Source: a virus. Taken from it: a stretch of DNA of 64,000 nucleotides. Below, piece after piece: positions 1 through 9,385 of the stretch (position 1 is its first letter; every line of letters begins with the position of its first letter). The position numbers and the translations under genes were made by a program. The notes below the pieces were generated by a model. That model was not told the origin of the DNA. It searched no databases and was given only the letters and a program-made list of their open reading frames with translations. The DNA is taken from positions 53,964 through 117,963 of the IMG/VR virus record IMGVR_UViG_3300024999_000053. The stretch is one strand, 5' to 3'.

Positions 1-57
1 GAATTCTCTCTTTTTATTATGTTCAAAAATAAATAAATTAAAAAGGAATGATGTTAG

Positions 58-225
58 ATGATAATCAAATCCAAACGAGTGAAAAGATTTTTATATAATT
101 TAGGGTTTGAATTTACTTTAACAAATATTAATGGTAAAGAAGGATATTTATTTCAAGAAAGTCCAGAATTAAAAGAATCAATAGCATTCTATTATAAAAT
201 AAGAAAGACTTTTGAAAATAAATAA
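58..225 (+). CDS. Small DUF5659-like protein (55 aa, MIIKSKRVKRFLYNLGF...), not in the ORF track
   Basis: AAGGA upstream, open frame to TAA at 223-225; S..V..FL..LGF and YLF..SPEL pattern. Confidence 0.55.
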   Translation: MIIKSKRVKRFLYNLGFEFTLTNINGKEGYLFQESPELKESIAFYYKIRKTFENK

Positions 226-259
226 CCTCTTTAATTAAAGAGGAGGTCGAAAGACTAAT

Positions 260-934
260 ATGAATTATGTAAGCGATTTAATAAAATTAAAAGACATTGA
301 ACGATGGGTAGAGGGCTATATTATTGCTATAAATTCACCAACTGGTTCAGGAAAAACTCATTTTATTAAAACCGTATTAAAGGATTATTGTAAGATTAAT
401 AAGAAAACTATACTCCTATTGACAAATAGAGATATTTTAAAAGATCAATTTATTCATGAATTAATAGAAGATGATAAAGATGGAATAATTACAGTTAAGA
501 ATTATCAAAGTATAGAAACAAAAATAATGTATGATATACCTATCGATGATTATGATTATATAGTATGTGACGAATATCATTATTTCTTCAATGACACCTT
601 TAATTTTTGTACAGATATGTCTTTAAATTATATTTTAGGGCAAACTTCCAGTATCAAAATATTGCTTAGTGCTACATCTACTGTTCCTATTAAATATTTA
701 GAAGAAGTTAAAAACATTGATATAATTAAATATTCAATAGAACCAGATTATAGTTACATAGAAAAATTATACTTTTATAAAAACGATGACGTAATTCTTA
801 AACTGTTGAATGAATTACCGGAAAACGAAAAAGTAATATATTTTACAAAAGCAAAAACGTCTTATGATTTTAGTAAACAAATTGAAGATAGTGCTTTTAA
901 AATAAAAAAAATTTTACAACAAATAATATTTTAA
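260..934 (+). pseudogene. N-terminal RecA1 domain of an SF2 (DEAD/DEAH) helicase, truncated
   Basis: Walker A SPTGSGKT, DEYH, SAT motif III; frame ends shortly after motif IV, motifs V/VI absent. Confidence 0.75.
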
Positions 935-1007
935 AAAACTCTGCAATATGTTATAATTAAGGAAATACCACAAGAAAACAACTAAAATTAATGGGGGTAT
1001 ATAAAAT

Positions 1008-2414
1008 ATGGCAGACAAAGAAAGTGATGTGGAAAGTAGGAAAATATTTTTAGAAGAATTACCAAGAAGAGGTAAGACTTCTCAAATTGATTGGAAAAAA
1101 TCAATAGGATCTAAAATAAAGTTTATTTTTAATGATGTTCAAGGTGAATTGCCCGTTTTAAATTATATACGAGAAAAGGGCGTTGGTTTTATAATTACTG
1201 AGTATAATGATTGTAAAGATTTTAAAATATGTACTAGTAGTTTGTCAAAATGCCTTATTGGTGAAATAATTAGAACGCAAACAAAGCAATATAGTTTTGA
1301 TATTGGAGACATTGTTGAAAATGTTAATCTTGGTAAACTAGAAATTTTAGAACAAATACGACTATTAAGATATAATGGGTATACACAGAAAGGTTACAAA
1401 TATAAATGTTTAATATGTGGAAATATTGATGAAATAAGTGAATCAGATTTAAATTTAAATAAAGGTTGTAATGTTTGCTGTAAACCTTCGAAAAAAATAC
1501 TTAAAGGATATAATGATTTATGGACTACTCATCCAGATATAGCTAAATTATTAAAATTTCATGAAGTAGGGTATGAATTATCGTATGGGTCATCTAATAC
1601 AGAAATATTTATATGTCCAAATTGTGGACTTGAAAAAGATATGCGTGTATCTAGTTTACTTACGCAAGGGTTATCATGCTCTAGGTGTGGAGATGGTATC
1701 CCATATCCTGAGAAGTTCCTATTTTGTACTATACAGCAATTAGATTTAGAATTTATAACACAGTTAAATAAGGTAGTATTTGATTGGTGTGAAGATTATA
1801 AATATGATTTATATACAAGTAAAAATAAATGCATTATTGAGGTTCACGGAAGACAACATTATGAAGAACATAAAGGAAGCAGTTGGGGTTCACTAGAAGA
1901 AATTCAAGAAAATGATTTAAATAAAGAATGGTTGGCAAAAAGTAATAATATTAAAAATTACATTGTATTAGATTGTCGAAAGTCGGAGTTAGAATGGGTT
2001 AAAAACAGTATAATGAATAGTAGACTTCCTAAGTTATTAAACTTCAGAGAATCAGACATTGATTGGATAAAATGTCATGAGTATGCTTGTAATAGTTTAG
2101 TTAAAGAATCATGTAAACTATGGAATGATGGTATTAAAAGTACAACAGAAATAGGGAAAATATTGAGATTAGATAAGTCAACAATTCGCAAATACTTAAA
2201 ACAAGGCACAGAATTAGGTTGGTGTGATTATGATCCTAAATTCAAAAGAGTGGTAATATGTTTAAATACAAATGTTGTATACAATTCCATTGCAGAGATA
2301 TCAAGAATATTGAATATAAATGTTAGTAATATATGTGATTGTTGTAGTGGTAGGATAAAGTCGGCGGGAAAAGACCCTATAACTAGTGAAAAATTAGTAT
2401 GGAAATATTTATAA
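1008..2414 (+). CDS. Free-standing homing endonuclease-like protein (Zn ribbons, PD-(D/E)xK-type nuclease, NUMOD1-like C-terminus)
   Basis: CxxC pairs, YDLY...IIEVHGRQHY nuclease motif, C-terminal VICLNT...SAGK..W.Y; paralog at 17780. Confidence 0.7.
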   Translation: MADKESDVESRKIFLEELPRRGKTSQIDWKKSIGSKIKFIFNDVQGELPVLNYIREKGVGFIITEYNDCKDFKICTSSLSKCLIGEIIRTQTKQYSFDIGDIVENVNLGKLEILEQIRLLRYNGYTQKGYKYKCLICGNIDEISESDLNLNKGCNVCCKPSKKILKGYNDLWTTHPDIAKLLKFHEVGYELSYGSSNTEIFICPNCGLEKDMRVSSLLTQGLSCSRCGDGIPYPEKFLFCTIQQLDLEFITQLNKVVFDWCEDYKYDLYTSKNKCIIEVHGRQHYEEHKGSSWGSLEEIQENDLNKEWLAKSNNIKNYIVLDCRKSELEWVKNSIMNSRLPKLLNFRESDIDWIKCHEYACNSLVKESCKLWNDGIKSTTEIGKILRLDKSTIRKYLKQGTELGWCDYDPKFKRVVICLNTNVVYNSIAEISRILNINVSNICDCCSGRIKSAGKDPITSEKLVWKYL

Positions 2415-2677
2415 TGACATTAGAAGACAAACTTGATAAATTAGTTGGAATAAAAATGTTTAAAGATGGTCAAGAAAAGCTTATTAGTTTTATGAGAGAT
2501 GAATTATTCAATGGAATAACTGATAGACATGGAACTGTTAAAATTAATACTATTAATGGATATTTTAAAGACAATAATATTCCTTATGAAATTGAAAGTA
2601 AAAAAGAAACAATTAGAAAAGATGCCAATTATAATAAAAGATATTGGATTTTGTGTAAAAAGATATATGAATTATAA
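2414..2677 (+). CDS. Probable C-terminal domain remnant of the disrupted helicase
   Basis: TAATG overlap with the endonuclease stop; INTINGYF...IPYEIESKKE...YW resembles C-termini of phage SF2 helicases. Confidence 0.5.
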   Translation: MTLEDKLDKLVGIKMFKDGQEKLISFMRDELFNGITDRHGTVKINTINGYFKDNNIPYEIESKKETIRKDANYNKRYWILCKKIYEL

Positions 2678-2680
2678 AAT

Positions 2681-2737
2681 TTTGCATCCAGATTGGTTGA
2701 TTTACTATAAGCGTATATTTACCAATCTGGATGCAAA
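2681..2737. repeat. 17-bp perfect inverted repeat TTTGCATCCAGATTGGT, 23-nt spacer
   Basis: Arms at 2681-2697 and 2721-2737. Confidence 0.9.
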
Positions 2738-3008
2738 TAAGAAAATTAATTATAATACAATCTCATGAAGGAATTTTGGCACAAAATTACTGAAATGACG
2801 CTCCGCAAGACTAATGTTAAATTAATTATCTCATGACATGTCAAAGGAACGTGCGGTCATTCACAAGTTCATTCCCTTACTAAATATTCGCTATCGCTCA
2901 TATTTAGGATTTGATTATTTAATTAAATGATTTGTTTTCCTGAGAGAAGAAACATAAAATCTTCTCTCTTTTATTTGTTTTCATTTAAGTTTAGATTGGA
3001 GGTGAAAA

Positions 3009-3488
3009 ATGCAATACAAACCAGCAGATATTCTAGCGTGTCATTCGAATTCATTTATAAGCAAATTTATAAGATTTCTAACCAAATCAAAATATTCACA
3101 TCTTGCAATAATTATAAATGAAAATGAAATTGTAGAAGCAGATGGTATAGTTGGACATATTCGCTACAGAAATATTAGTGATTATAAAAATTATGCAGAT
3201 GTATATTCTTGTGATTTGACTGATGAGCAAATAAATAATATATGTGAATATGCTAAGTCAAAAGTTGGTCAAAAATATGATTATTATTTGTTGTTTGTAA
3301 TGTTTTGCAAATATGTGTTTGGTGTGAAAATTAAGATTAGAGATTCTGAGTCAGATATTTGTAGTGAATTGGTCAATGATTCCTATATGGAAGGAGCTGG
3401 AATCAGATTAAGTAAAAAGAGATTCCCTATACCAGATGAGGTTGTTGGGAATGAGAATAATTTGTTGAGATTTGTTGGGAAGGTTTGA
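3009..3488 (+). CDS. YiiX/YebB-like permuted papain (NlpC/P60) amidase
   Basis: PADIL, SKYSHLAI (His), VGQKYD, ICSELV (Cys after His, permuted order). Confidence 0.85.
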   Translation: MQYKPADILACHSNSFISKFIRFLTKSKYSHLAIIINENEIVEADGIVGHIRYRNISDYKNYADVYSCDLTDEQINNICEYAKSKVGQKYDYYLLFVMFCKYVFGVKIKIRDSESDICSELVNDSYMEGAGIRLSKKRFPIPDEVVGNENNLLRFVGKV

Positions 3489-3516
3489 TTAAATTACAAA
3501 GGAGGAATAAATAATA

Positions 3517-4908
3517 ATGCAAAAAGATTTTTCAAAACGTCCATTCGGATTAATAAGTTCTCCACCTGATGATAGAGATTATTCTTTATCAAAATTAATG
3601 TCAGTTGTTGGAATGTCTACACCAATTGAACCTGAACCAGATATATTTGAATATGAAGTGCCAGATATTAAAGATCAAGGAGATATCTGGCTTTGTGTTA
3701 GTGCGTCTGGATGTGTCCAGAGGGAGATAATTGAAAAACAACAGACTGGTGAATATAAAAAATTATCAATAGGATTTAACTACACCTTTAGAGAAAATTG
3801 GGATCTTCAGGAAAAGGGTTTGCGTCTTAGAGAATATTTAAAGGGGTTAGTAAAGTATGGAATACCTGAATATGAGTATTTTCAAATACAAGATAAAGAA
3901 TACCCTTTCATTAAAGAGGAATTAGGTAAGGTAAATTTACCAAGTGTATTAAAAAATGCACATGAGCATCGCATCACAGCTTTTGCCAACATAAAACAAG
4001 AAGAAATTAAACTAGCTTTAAGAACTCTTGGCCCAGTTTTAGTTAGTATTAGTATATATACTTCTTTTGGATATATCTCAGCAACTAATCCAATTATTCC
4101 TATACCAGATGTAAAAAAAGAACGAGTTTTTAATGGTCATTGTTTATTAATAATTGGTTATAACAATCAAACTAAACTATTTAAAATAGCTAATTCGTAT
4201 GGTAAAGGTTGGGCAGATAATGGATGTTGCTATGCAAGTTATGATTACAAATTTCAAGAATTGTGGAGTATTACAGACCTTGAAAAACCAAATTACACCC
4301 ACGACTTCAAATTAAATTTCACAACAAACAAAACTCAAACTACTCCTAATAACACAATTAATCTCTCATTTTCAACATTCGATTCAATCACACCTTTAGG
4401 AACTCAAACTATTGAATGTAGAATGCAATGTGGAAATTCATCATCTCAATATACATATACCACCAATTCAAAAGGAATAGTTAATGAGAATATAGTTCTT
4501 AATAAAGTAGGAGTAACAAAAATCACATGTTCTTGGAAATCTCCAGATAATAAAATTAATACAAAAACTATAAATGTATTAGTAGAACCAAAACAAATCA
4601 ATCCTATTACTCCTATTGAACCTAAGAAAATTTATTCATTATCTATTTCATCAGACAAAAGCAAATGTAATGTTAAATATATATTTTATATTACAATTAA
4701 AACATCAGCACCAAATCAATTAATTTCATTAAAAACTATTAGGTCAAATGGTAAAATTCGTAATACTACTGAGAAAACAGATAATAAAGGTGAATTTGAG
4801 ATGGGATTTGCTGAAGGTGTTGTAGGGATATTTAAACAAGAAGTAAGTTGGAAAGATGGTAATAATGAAATTAGAAGTGCAAGTGTAAATGTTAATATTG
4901 TAAAGTAG
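3517..4908 (+). CDS. C1 (papain-family) cysteine peptidase with C-terminal beta-rich Ig-like domains
   Basis: DQGDIWLC, GHCLLIIGY, IANSYGKGW catalytic motifs; D.RDY N-terminus. Confidence 0.85.
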   Translation: MQKDFSKRPFGLISSPPDDRDYSLSKLMSVVGMSTPIEPEPDIFEYEVPDIKDQGDIWLCVSASGCVQREIIEKQQTGEYKKLSIGFNYTFRENWDLQEKGLRLREYLKGLVKYGIPEYEYFQIQDKEYPFIKEELGKVNLPSVLKNAHEHRITAFANIKQEEIKLALRTLGPVLVSISIYTSFGYISATNPIIPIPDVKKERVFNGHCLLIIGYNNQTKLFKIANSYGKGWADNGCCYASYDYKFQELWSITDLEKPNYTHDFKLNFTTNKTQTTPNNTINLSFSTFDSITPLGTQTIECRMQCGNSSSQYTYTTNSKGIVNENIVLNKVGVTKITCSWKSPDNKINTKTINVLVEPKQINPITPIEPKKIYSLSISSDKSKCNVKYIFYITIKTSAPNQLISLKTIRSNGKIRNTTEKTDNKGEFEMGFAEGVVGIFKQEVSWKDGNNEIRSASVNVNIVK

Positions 4909-4945
4909 GATTAGATAAATAATATAAATAATATGAGGTGAAATA

Positions 4946-5650
4946 ATGAAAATCTGTATAAATGCCGGACATGGAGCAAAAGGAGTTAATAATTCAAGTT
5001 CAAATGGAATTGACCCTGGAGCAATTGGCCCATCAGGATATCAAGAATATATTGAAACAAAAGAAATAGCTTATTTAGTATCTACAAAATTAAAATTCAA
5101 TGGAATTGAAATATTAGTAGTTCAAGATGGAGATTTATGGGATGTAACAGAAAAATCAAATAGTTGGAAGAGTGACTATTTTGTTAGTATTCACTGTAAT
5201 TCTTTTTCAGCAGATTCTCATGGGGTAGAAACTTTTTCATTATCATCGACGGGAAAAGGTCGAGTATTAGCAGAAAAAGTGCATAAGGAATTAGTTCCTG
5301 CTACCAATTTATTTGATAGAGGTTTGAAGACTGCCAACTATCATGTTTTACGTGAAACAGATTGTCCTGCAATATTAACAGAAATTGGATTTATTTCTAA
5401 TTCTACAGAAGAAGCATTAATGAAAGATTCTACATGGGATAATAAGGTTTCGAGTGCAATAGCAAGAGGGATTTGTAATTTCTTAGGGATTATTTATAAA
5501 GAAGGAGTTGTAAATAAAGTGTCAGATATAACAACAAAAGATGATAAAGATGTATATTTATCAGTACGTGTTCTTGAAAGTAAAGCAGATGAAGTAATAA
5601 AGCAGATTATAAAATTTGGCTATGCTTGTAAAAGATTAGAACTTGCTTAA
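4946..5650 (+). CDS. Endolysin, N-acetylmuramoyl-L-alanine amidase (Amidase_3)
   Basis: INAGHG, DPGA, SIHCNS, PAILTEIGFISN motifs. Confidence 0.95.
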   Translation: MKICINAGHGAKGVNNSSSNGIDPGAIGPSGYQEYIETKEIAYLVSTKLKFNGIEILVVQDGDLWDVTEKSNSWKSDYFVSIHCNSFSADSHGVETFSLSSTGKGRVLAEKVHKELVPATNLFDRGLKTANYHVLRETDCPAILTEIGFISNSTEEALMKDSTWDNKVSSAIARGICNFLGIIYKEGVVNKVSDITTKDDKDVYLSVRVLESKADEVIKQIIKFGYACKRLELA

Positions 5651-5806
5651 ATAATTATTTCTATATTCAGTTGTCATATGTATAGGTGGCAGATATTACT
5701 GAATTGCCCTCAGTTTTTTATCTGCCGAATCCTGATTGTAATGTTCGTAGCACTACAACCATTAATTCATTATAACATATAAAATAAAGGAGGGCAAATA
5801 TTATTT

Positions 5807-6283
5807 ATGGATAATATAGCGAAAGAGGTGTTAAATGTGGACGAAAATGAAATTAAAGAAGTTTTACAGAGCCATTCTGGTAAAATCATAGACTTACAAA
5901 CTAAGACAAACATACATGAAGAAAAGATTTGTGGATTAGATAATAAAATTATTAATCACGGTGAAAAACTCCATGAACTTGAGTTAAAAGACATTGCGTA
6001 TGAAACTAGATTCAATTCTCTGGATAGTACCTTAGCTAGAGTTGAAAATACTACATTGCAAAATTTACAAACTTCTAACCTCTTAATAAATACAATTAGT
6101 CAAATTGCTATTGGAAATTCAACAGGTAATACAGAAATAAAAAAACAGGAAATATTAAGTGATACAGAAATAAAAAAAATAAAATTAAACAACAATTTAA
6201 GTATGGCATTAAAAATTATAGGGATTGTAAGTTTGCTAATAACTTCATTTGTGGCTGTTAAATATGGAATTACTATTAAATAA
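5807..6283 (+). CDS. XhlA-like coiled-coil protein with C-terminal TM helix (lysis accessory); start may be GTG 5837
   Basis: Coiled coil plus single C-terminal hydrophobic helix, next to endolysin. Confidence 0.6.
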   Translation: MDNIAKEVLNVDENEIKEVLQSHSGKIIDLQTKTNIHEEKICGLDNKIINHGEKLHELELKDIAYETRFNSLDSTLARVENTTLQNLQTSNLLINTISQIAIGNSTGNTEIKKQEILSDTEIKKIKLNNNLSMALKIIGIVSLLITSFVAVKYGITIK

Positions 6284-6307
6284 ATAAAAGTAAGGGAATG
6301 ATTCTAT

Positions 6308-6538
6308 GTGAACAAATTAAATAAATTCATAAATTGGATTACATCAAAAATAACATTAAGAATTACAACCGAATTAAAAGAAGAAATTTTAAAACAGAAT
6401 GAAAATATTTACATGTTACTTAAAGAAGAATTGGCAATTATTAAAGAACAGAATCTTTCAAACACAAAACAAGTAGCAGAGATATTAAAACAATTAGATG
6501 TACTTGGAAGGATGTTAAGAGGCAAGGGATTTAATTAA
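6308..6538 (+). CDS. Hypothetical coiled-coil protein
   Basis: RBS AAGGGA, in lysis operon. Confidence 0.55.
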   Translation: MNKLNKFINWITSKITLRITTELKEEILKQNENIYMLLKEELAIIKEQNLSNTKQVAEILKQLDVLGRMLRGKGFN

Positions 6539-6559
6539 AGTATAAAAAAATTAAGGAGA

Positions 6560-6961
6560 ATGATTAATATGGATCAAACTATTTTATACCTTGGAATCAG
6601 TTTATTAGCACTCGTTACAATAAATATAATTCTAGGATCAATTTCGTCCCTCTTCCAAAAGCAATTTGATAAAACAAAATTATTTCAAGGAATCATAAAG
6701 GGAATAGTGGTAACAGCGTGTTTTGTGGCAGTTATTTATGTCGGAAAATTGACTCCTAATATAATCGTTGTCAATGTAAATGGAATTAATGTTGATTTAT
6801 TTACCGCAACGCATATGCTAATGCTTTCGTCTTATATTTTCTATGGCAAAGAGGTTTTAGTTAAATTATCTAGTTTTGTTAGTGGTAAATATAAAACAGA
6901 GGAAATTGCAACAACTGATGATACAGTAAATAAATCTATTACAATTGAAGGAGAGAAATAA
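6560..6961 (+). CDS. Putative holin (3 TM helices)
   Basis: Three hydrophobic segments, FDKTKLFQGIIK pattern, charged tail, lysis context. Confidence 0.7.
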   Translation: MINMDQTILYLGISLLALVTINIILGSISSLFQKQFDKTKLFQGIIKGIVVTACFVAVIYVGKLTPNIIVVNVNGINVDLFTATHMLMLSSYIFYGKEVLVKLSSFVSGKYKTEEIATTDDTVNKSITIEGEK

Positions 6962-6963
6962 AA

Positions 6964-7080
6964 ATGACAATTATAAAAAATATTATTAACAAGATTGATA
7001 AATTATACACAAATTTCTGCATCGCTTTATATTTTGGTGCAAGAAGGATTTTATTGAAACTTGATTTAATTGAGTATTAA
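6964..7080 (+). CDS. Small hypothetical protein (38 aa)
   Basis: GGAG RBS within holin 3' end, ATG 6964 to TAA 7080. Confidence 0.4.
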   Translation: MTIIKNIINKIDKLYTNFCIALYFGARRILLKLDLIEY

Positions 7081-7349
7081 CAAAACCAATAACCCATAAT
7101 AATAAATTTTAAACAACCTTTAAGCGTTTCAAATACAAGAGTGGTATAATCTTATACAAAAACTATTTGCTACGCTTAGAGGTGTATTGTGGTTTCTATA
7201 ACCCTTGTTACAGTAGGGTTTTATGTGGCAACAAATTAAAAAAGTAATTGAGGTAAGTTAAATATTATGACTTATATTTATTCTGTGGTGGTTGGTATTT
7301 TGATTTATAGTATTTATATTATTCATCTATCTATGAGAGAATCATAAAT

Positions 7350-7440
7350 CCGAGCAAATTCCAGTTTTAATGGATAGGTATAGACTAGGTAGTAAATCGA
7401 AGTAATCAAGAGCAAATGAAAGTATAAGAGAGGTAAAATA
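7350..7440 (+). repeat. AAA-N7-TTT core plus 55-bp arm, copy 1 (homologous to 39652-39742)
   Basis: Arm 7386-7440 matches 39688-39742 at 46/55 with identical 17-nt spacing to the core. Confidence 0.8.
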
Positions 7441-7534
7441 GGGTATAAAACGTAATTTAGGTTAATTTGATAATATTTAGTTGGTTTTGGAGAGATGGTT
7501 TTATGATCATCTCTCTTTTATTATTGATAATTTT

Positions 7535-7599
7535 ACTAAATGGCTTTTATGGGTAGCTCCCATATCAAAAAGAAGGTGTCCTTTCCTTCGCCATTTAGT
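7535..7599 (+). ncRNA. Three-way-junction leader RNA, copy A
   Basis: Outer stem ACTAAATGGC/GCCATTTAGT; hairpin TATGGG-TAGCT-CCCATA; hairpin GAAGG-TGTCCTTT-CCTTC. Confidence 0.6.
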
Positions 7600-7666
7600 T
7601 TTTATATTTTTAAATTAAAGGACAAGAAAAAGTGAATAAAAATAAAAAAGAAAAGGACGTGTTAAA

Positions 7667-8788
7667 ATGGAAAATGTATTAACAAAAGTTTATGAAGAAC
7701 AAGAAGTAGCATTCAGAGAAAACAATGGACAAAGTGAAGTAAGAATTGATGAAGTGGCTAGATTTTGTGGTTGGACAGAAATTGCAAAAAGCGGAAATGA
7801 ATGCATTAAATGGGCAAGAGTCAATAAACATTTAGTTGATTTAGGAGCGTCGACAGTAGTGGCGACAGGTGATTTTATTCCAGAATACATTATGTATCCA
7901 CTTATAGGTAAAGCAAAAAATGATAGAGCAACACAATTTATGTTATGGGTAGGAAAGGTATTAGTAGAAATTAGACAGAATGGTGCTTATATTTCTCCAA
8001 ATATAACAGAAGAGCAAGAAATCAAGTTAGATAAATTCTCGACAAATAAAAAGATGAAGAATACATTCAAAACTTGTAATATAGAATCGATAGAGAATGA
8101 ATATCGTGAATGCATGATGTATCATAAAAATAAAGATGGTAAAGAGAAAAATGGTATTCAGAATATAATAATTAATGCTTTAAGTGACAGAAAACAAACA
8201 TTAATAGATAGTGGCAAAGGGTCTTTTGCTTTAGTTTTAGCAGAAGTTGTGAATACAATCTCAAAAAAGAAAACTGAAACTAGCAATAAGAGAAATGGAC
8301 AAACAATTAGATATAAGAATGGAATTATAGATAAGCAGACACAAATAATCAATGAAAAGGATGAGGAGTTAAATAATTTAGAAAGTAAACTGAATTATTA
8401 TGAACCAGAAGACTATGAATGGATTGAGTTAAATGTCCATCCATTTTCTCATAATTACATGACAAGCGCAGCAAAAGATTGGAATACTGGAAATCCAAAA
8501 ATCGTCAAGAGTGAAGGATATTACAAATGGCAAAATAAATTTCCATATCAAGAACTTCCTACATTTGATGATTTAGGAATAGATTTTAATAAAAGAGTTT
8601 GTGCTTGGTTTAGATTTGTTGCAAAATCAACTTTTGACCCAACTAATTGTTCAAAAACTGCATTAGATACTATATGTAAGTATTACGACGTAGATGATAA
8701 TAAAATAGAAATGATGGAGTGCAAGAAAATAAATAGTTGTAAAGAATTTTGGGAAGGAAAAATCTATATAGCATTTAGGAATCAATAA
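7667..8788 (+). CDS. BRO-N/antirepressor-like protein with C-terminal RusA-like domain
   Basis: DEVARFCGW...FIPE...A..F..WV...L.EIR.NGAY (BRO-N); C-terminal FDPTNCSKTALD...DDNKI. Confidence 0.7.
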   Translation: MENVLTKVYEEQEVAFRENNGQSEVRIDEVARFCGWTEIAKSGNECIKWARVNKHLVDLGASTVVATGDFIPEYIMYPLIGKAKNDRATQFMLWVGKVLVEIRQNGAYISPNITEEQEIKLDKFSTNKKMKNTFKTCNIESIENEYRECMMYHKNKDGKEKNGIQNIIINALSDRKQTLIDSGKGSFALVLAEVVNTISKKKTETSNKRNGQTIRYKNGIIDKQTQIINEKDEELNNLESKLNYYEPEDYEWIELNVHPFSHNYMTSAAKDWNTGNPKIVKSEGYYKWQNKFPYQELPTFDDLGIDFNKRVCAWFRFVAKSTFDPTNCSKTALDTICKYYDVDDNKIEMMECKKINSCKEFWEGKIYIAFRNQ

Positions 8789-8872
8789 TACATAAATAAA
8801 ATAATATTGAATAACGAGGGGTTGTCCGATCTGGACAACTCTTTAATAATCAATAAAAGGAGAAATAAAACA

Positions 8873-9136
8873 ATGCACACCTATTTAAAATTAAATGAAG
8901 AAAAGTTAGATTTATTGATTAAAGTATTACATGATTCACAATATGAAACTGAACATGAAAAGGTCATAGCAAATGAATTATATGAGAAATTTAGACATTT
9001 GTGTTTAGATAATTTTTATAATCTTGGTGAAGGTTGGGATGATGAAGAGGAAGATGTGGATGAGAATTGTGAAAATGATTTATCTCTTGTGAAGAAAAAG
9101 GATATAGCAGGTTATGATGATGATTTGGGTTGGTAA
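8873..9136 (+). CDS. Hypothetical acidic protein
   Basis: AAAGGAG RBS before ATG 8873. Confidence 0.6.
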   Translation: MHTYLKLNEEKLDLLIKVLHDSQYETEHEKVIANELYEKFRHLCLDNFYNLGEGWDDEEEDVDENCENDLSLVKKKDIAGYDDDLGW

Positions 9137-9280
9137 TACTTGTCCAATTTAATTATGTACAGATAGAACGCATATCCTATTAGTAAATTAATAAATAAAG
9201 TTAACAAATAAAATATTTCAATAGAAATTGAGACATTTCATTAATTTGAAGTGTCTTTTATTTGTGTTGAAATAACACAT

Positions 9281-9338
9281 AAGCAGACTAGGATAGGCCA
9301 TCCGAAAGAAACACTCGCCTTAGTGTTTTTGTCTGCTT
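9281..9338 (+). ncRNA. Three-way-junction leader RNA, copy B
   Basis: Outer stem AAGCAGAC/GTCTGCTT; GGAT-AGGCC-ATCC; AAACACT-CGCCTT-AGTGTTT. Confidence 0.6.
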
Positions 9339-9385
9339 CTATTTTTTAATAATTAAGGCAAATAATAAAAGAAGGCGGTATAAAA

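Noticed and set aside
935-2413. Group I intron interrupting the helicase
   Set aside because: Only about 70 nt of AT-rich non-coding sequence flanks the endonuclease, no intron core is visible, and joining the exons would still lack helicase motifs V/VI
5688-5726. Hairpin GGCAGATA...TATCTGCC after the endolysin as a riboswitch or ncRNA
   Set aside because: Single imperfect stem with no recognisable aptamer consensus; probably an mRNA stability or processing element
7118-7182. Inverted repeat CCTTTAAGCGT/ACGCTTAGAGG and TCGCTA(T)CGCTC motifs (2888, 28176) as single-strand origins
   Set aside because: Real dyad symmetry but too short and degenerate to assign a function without comparison
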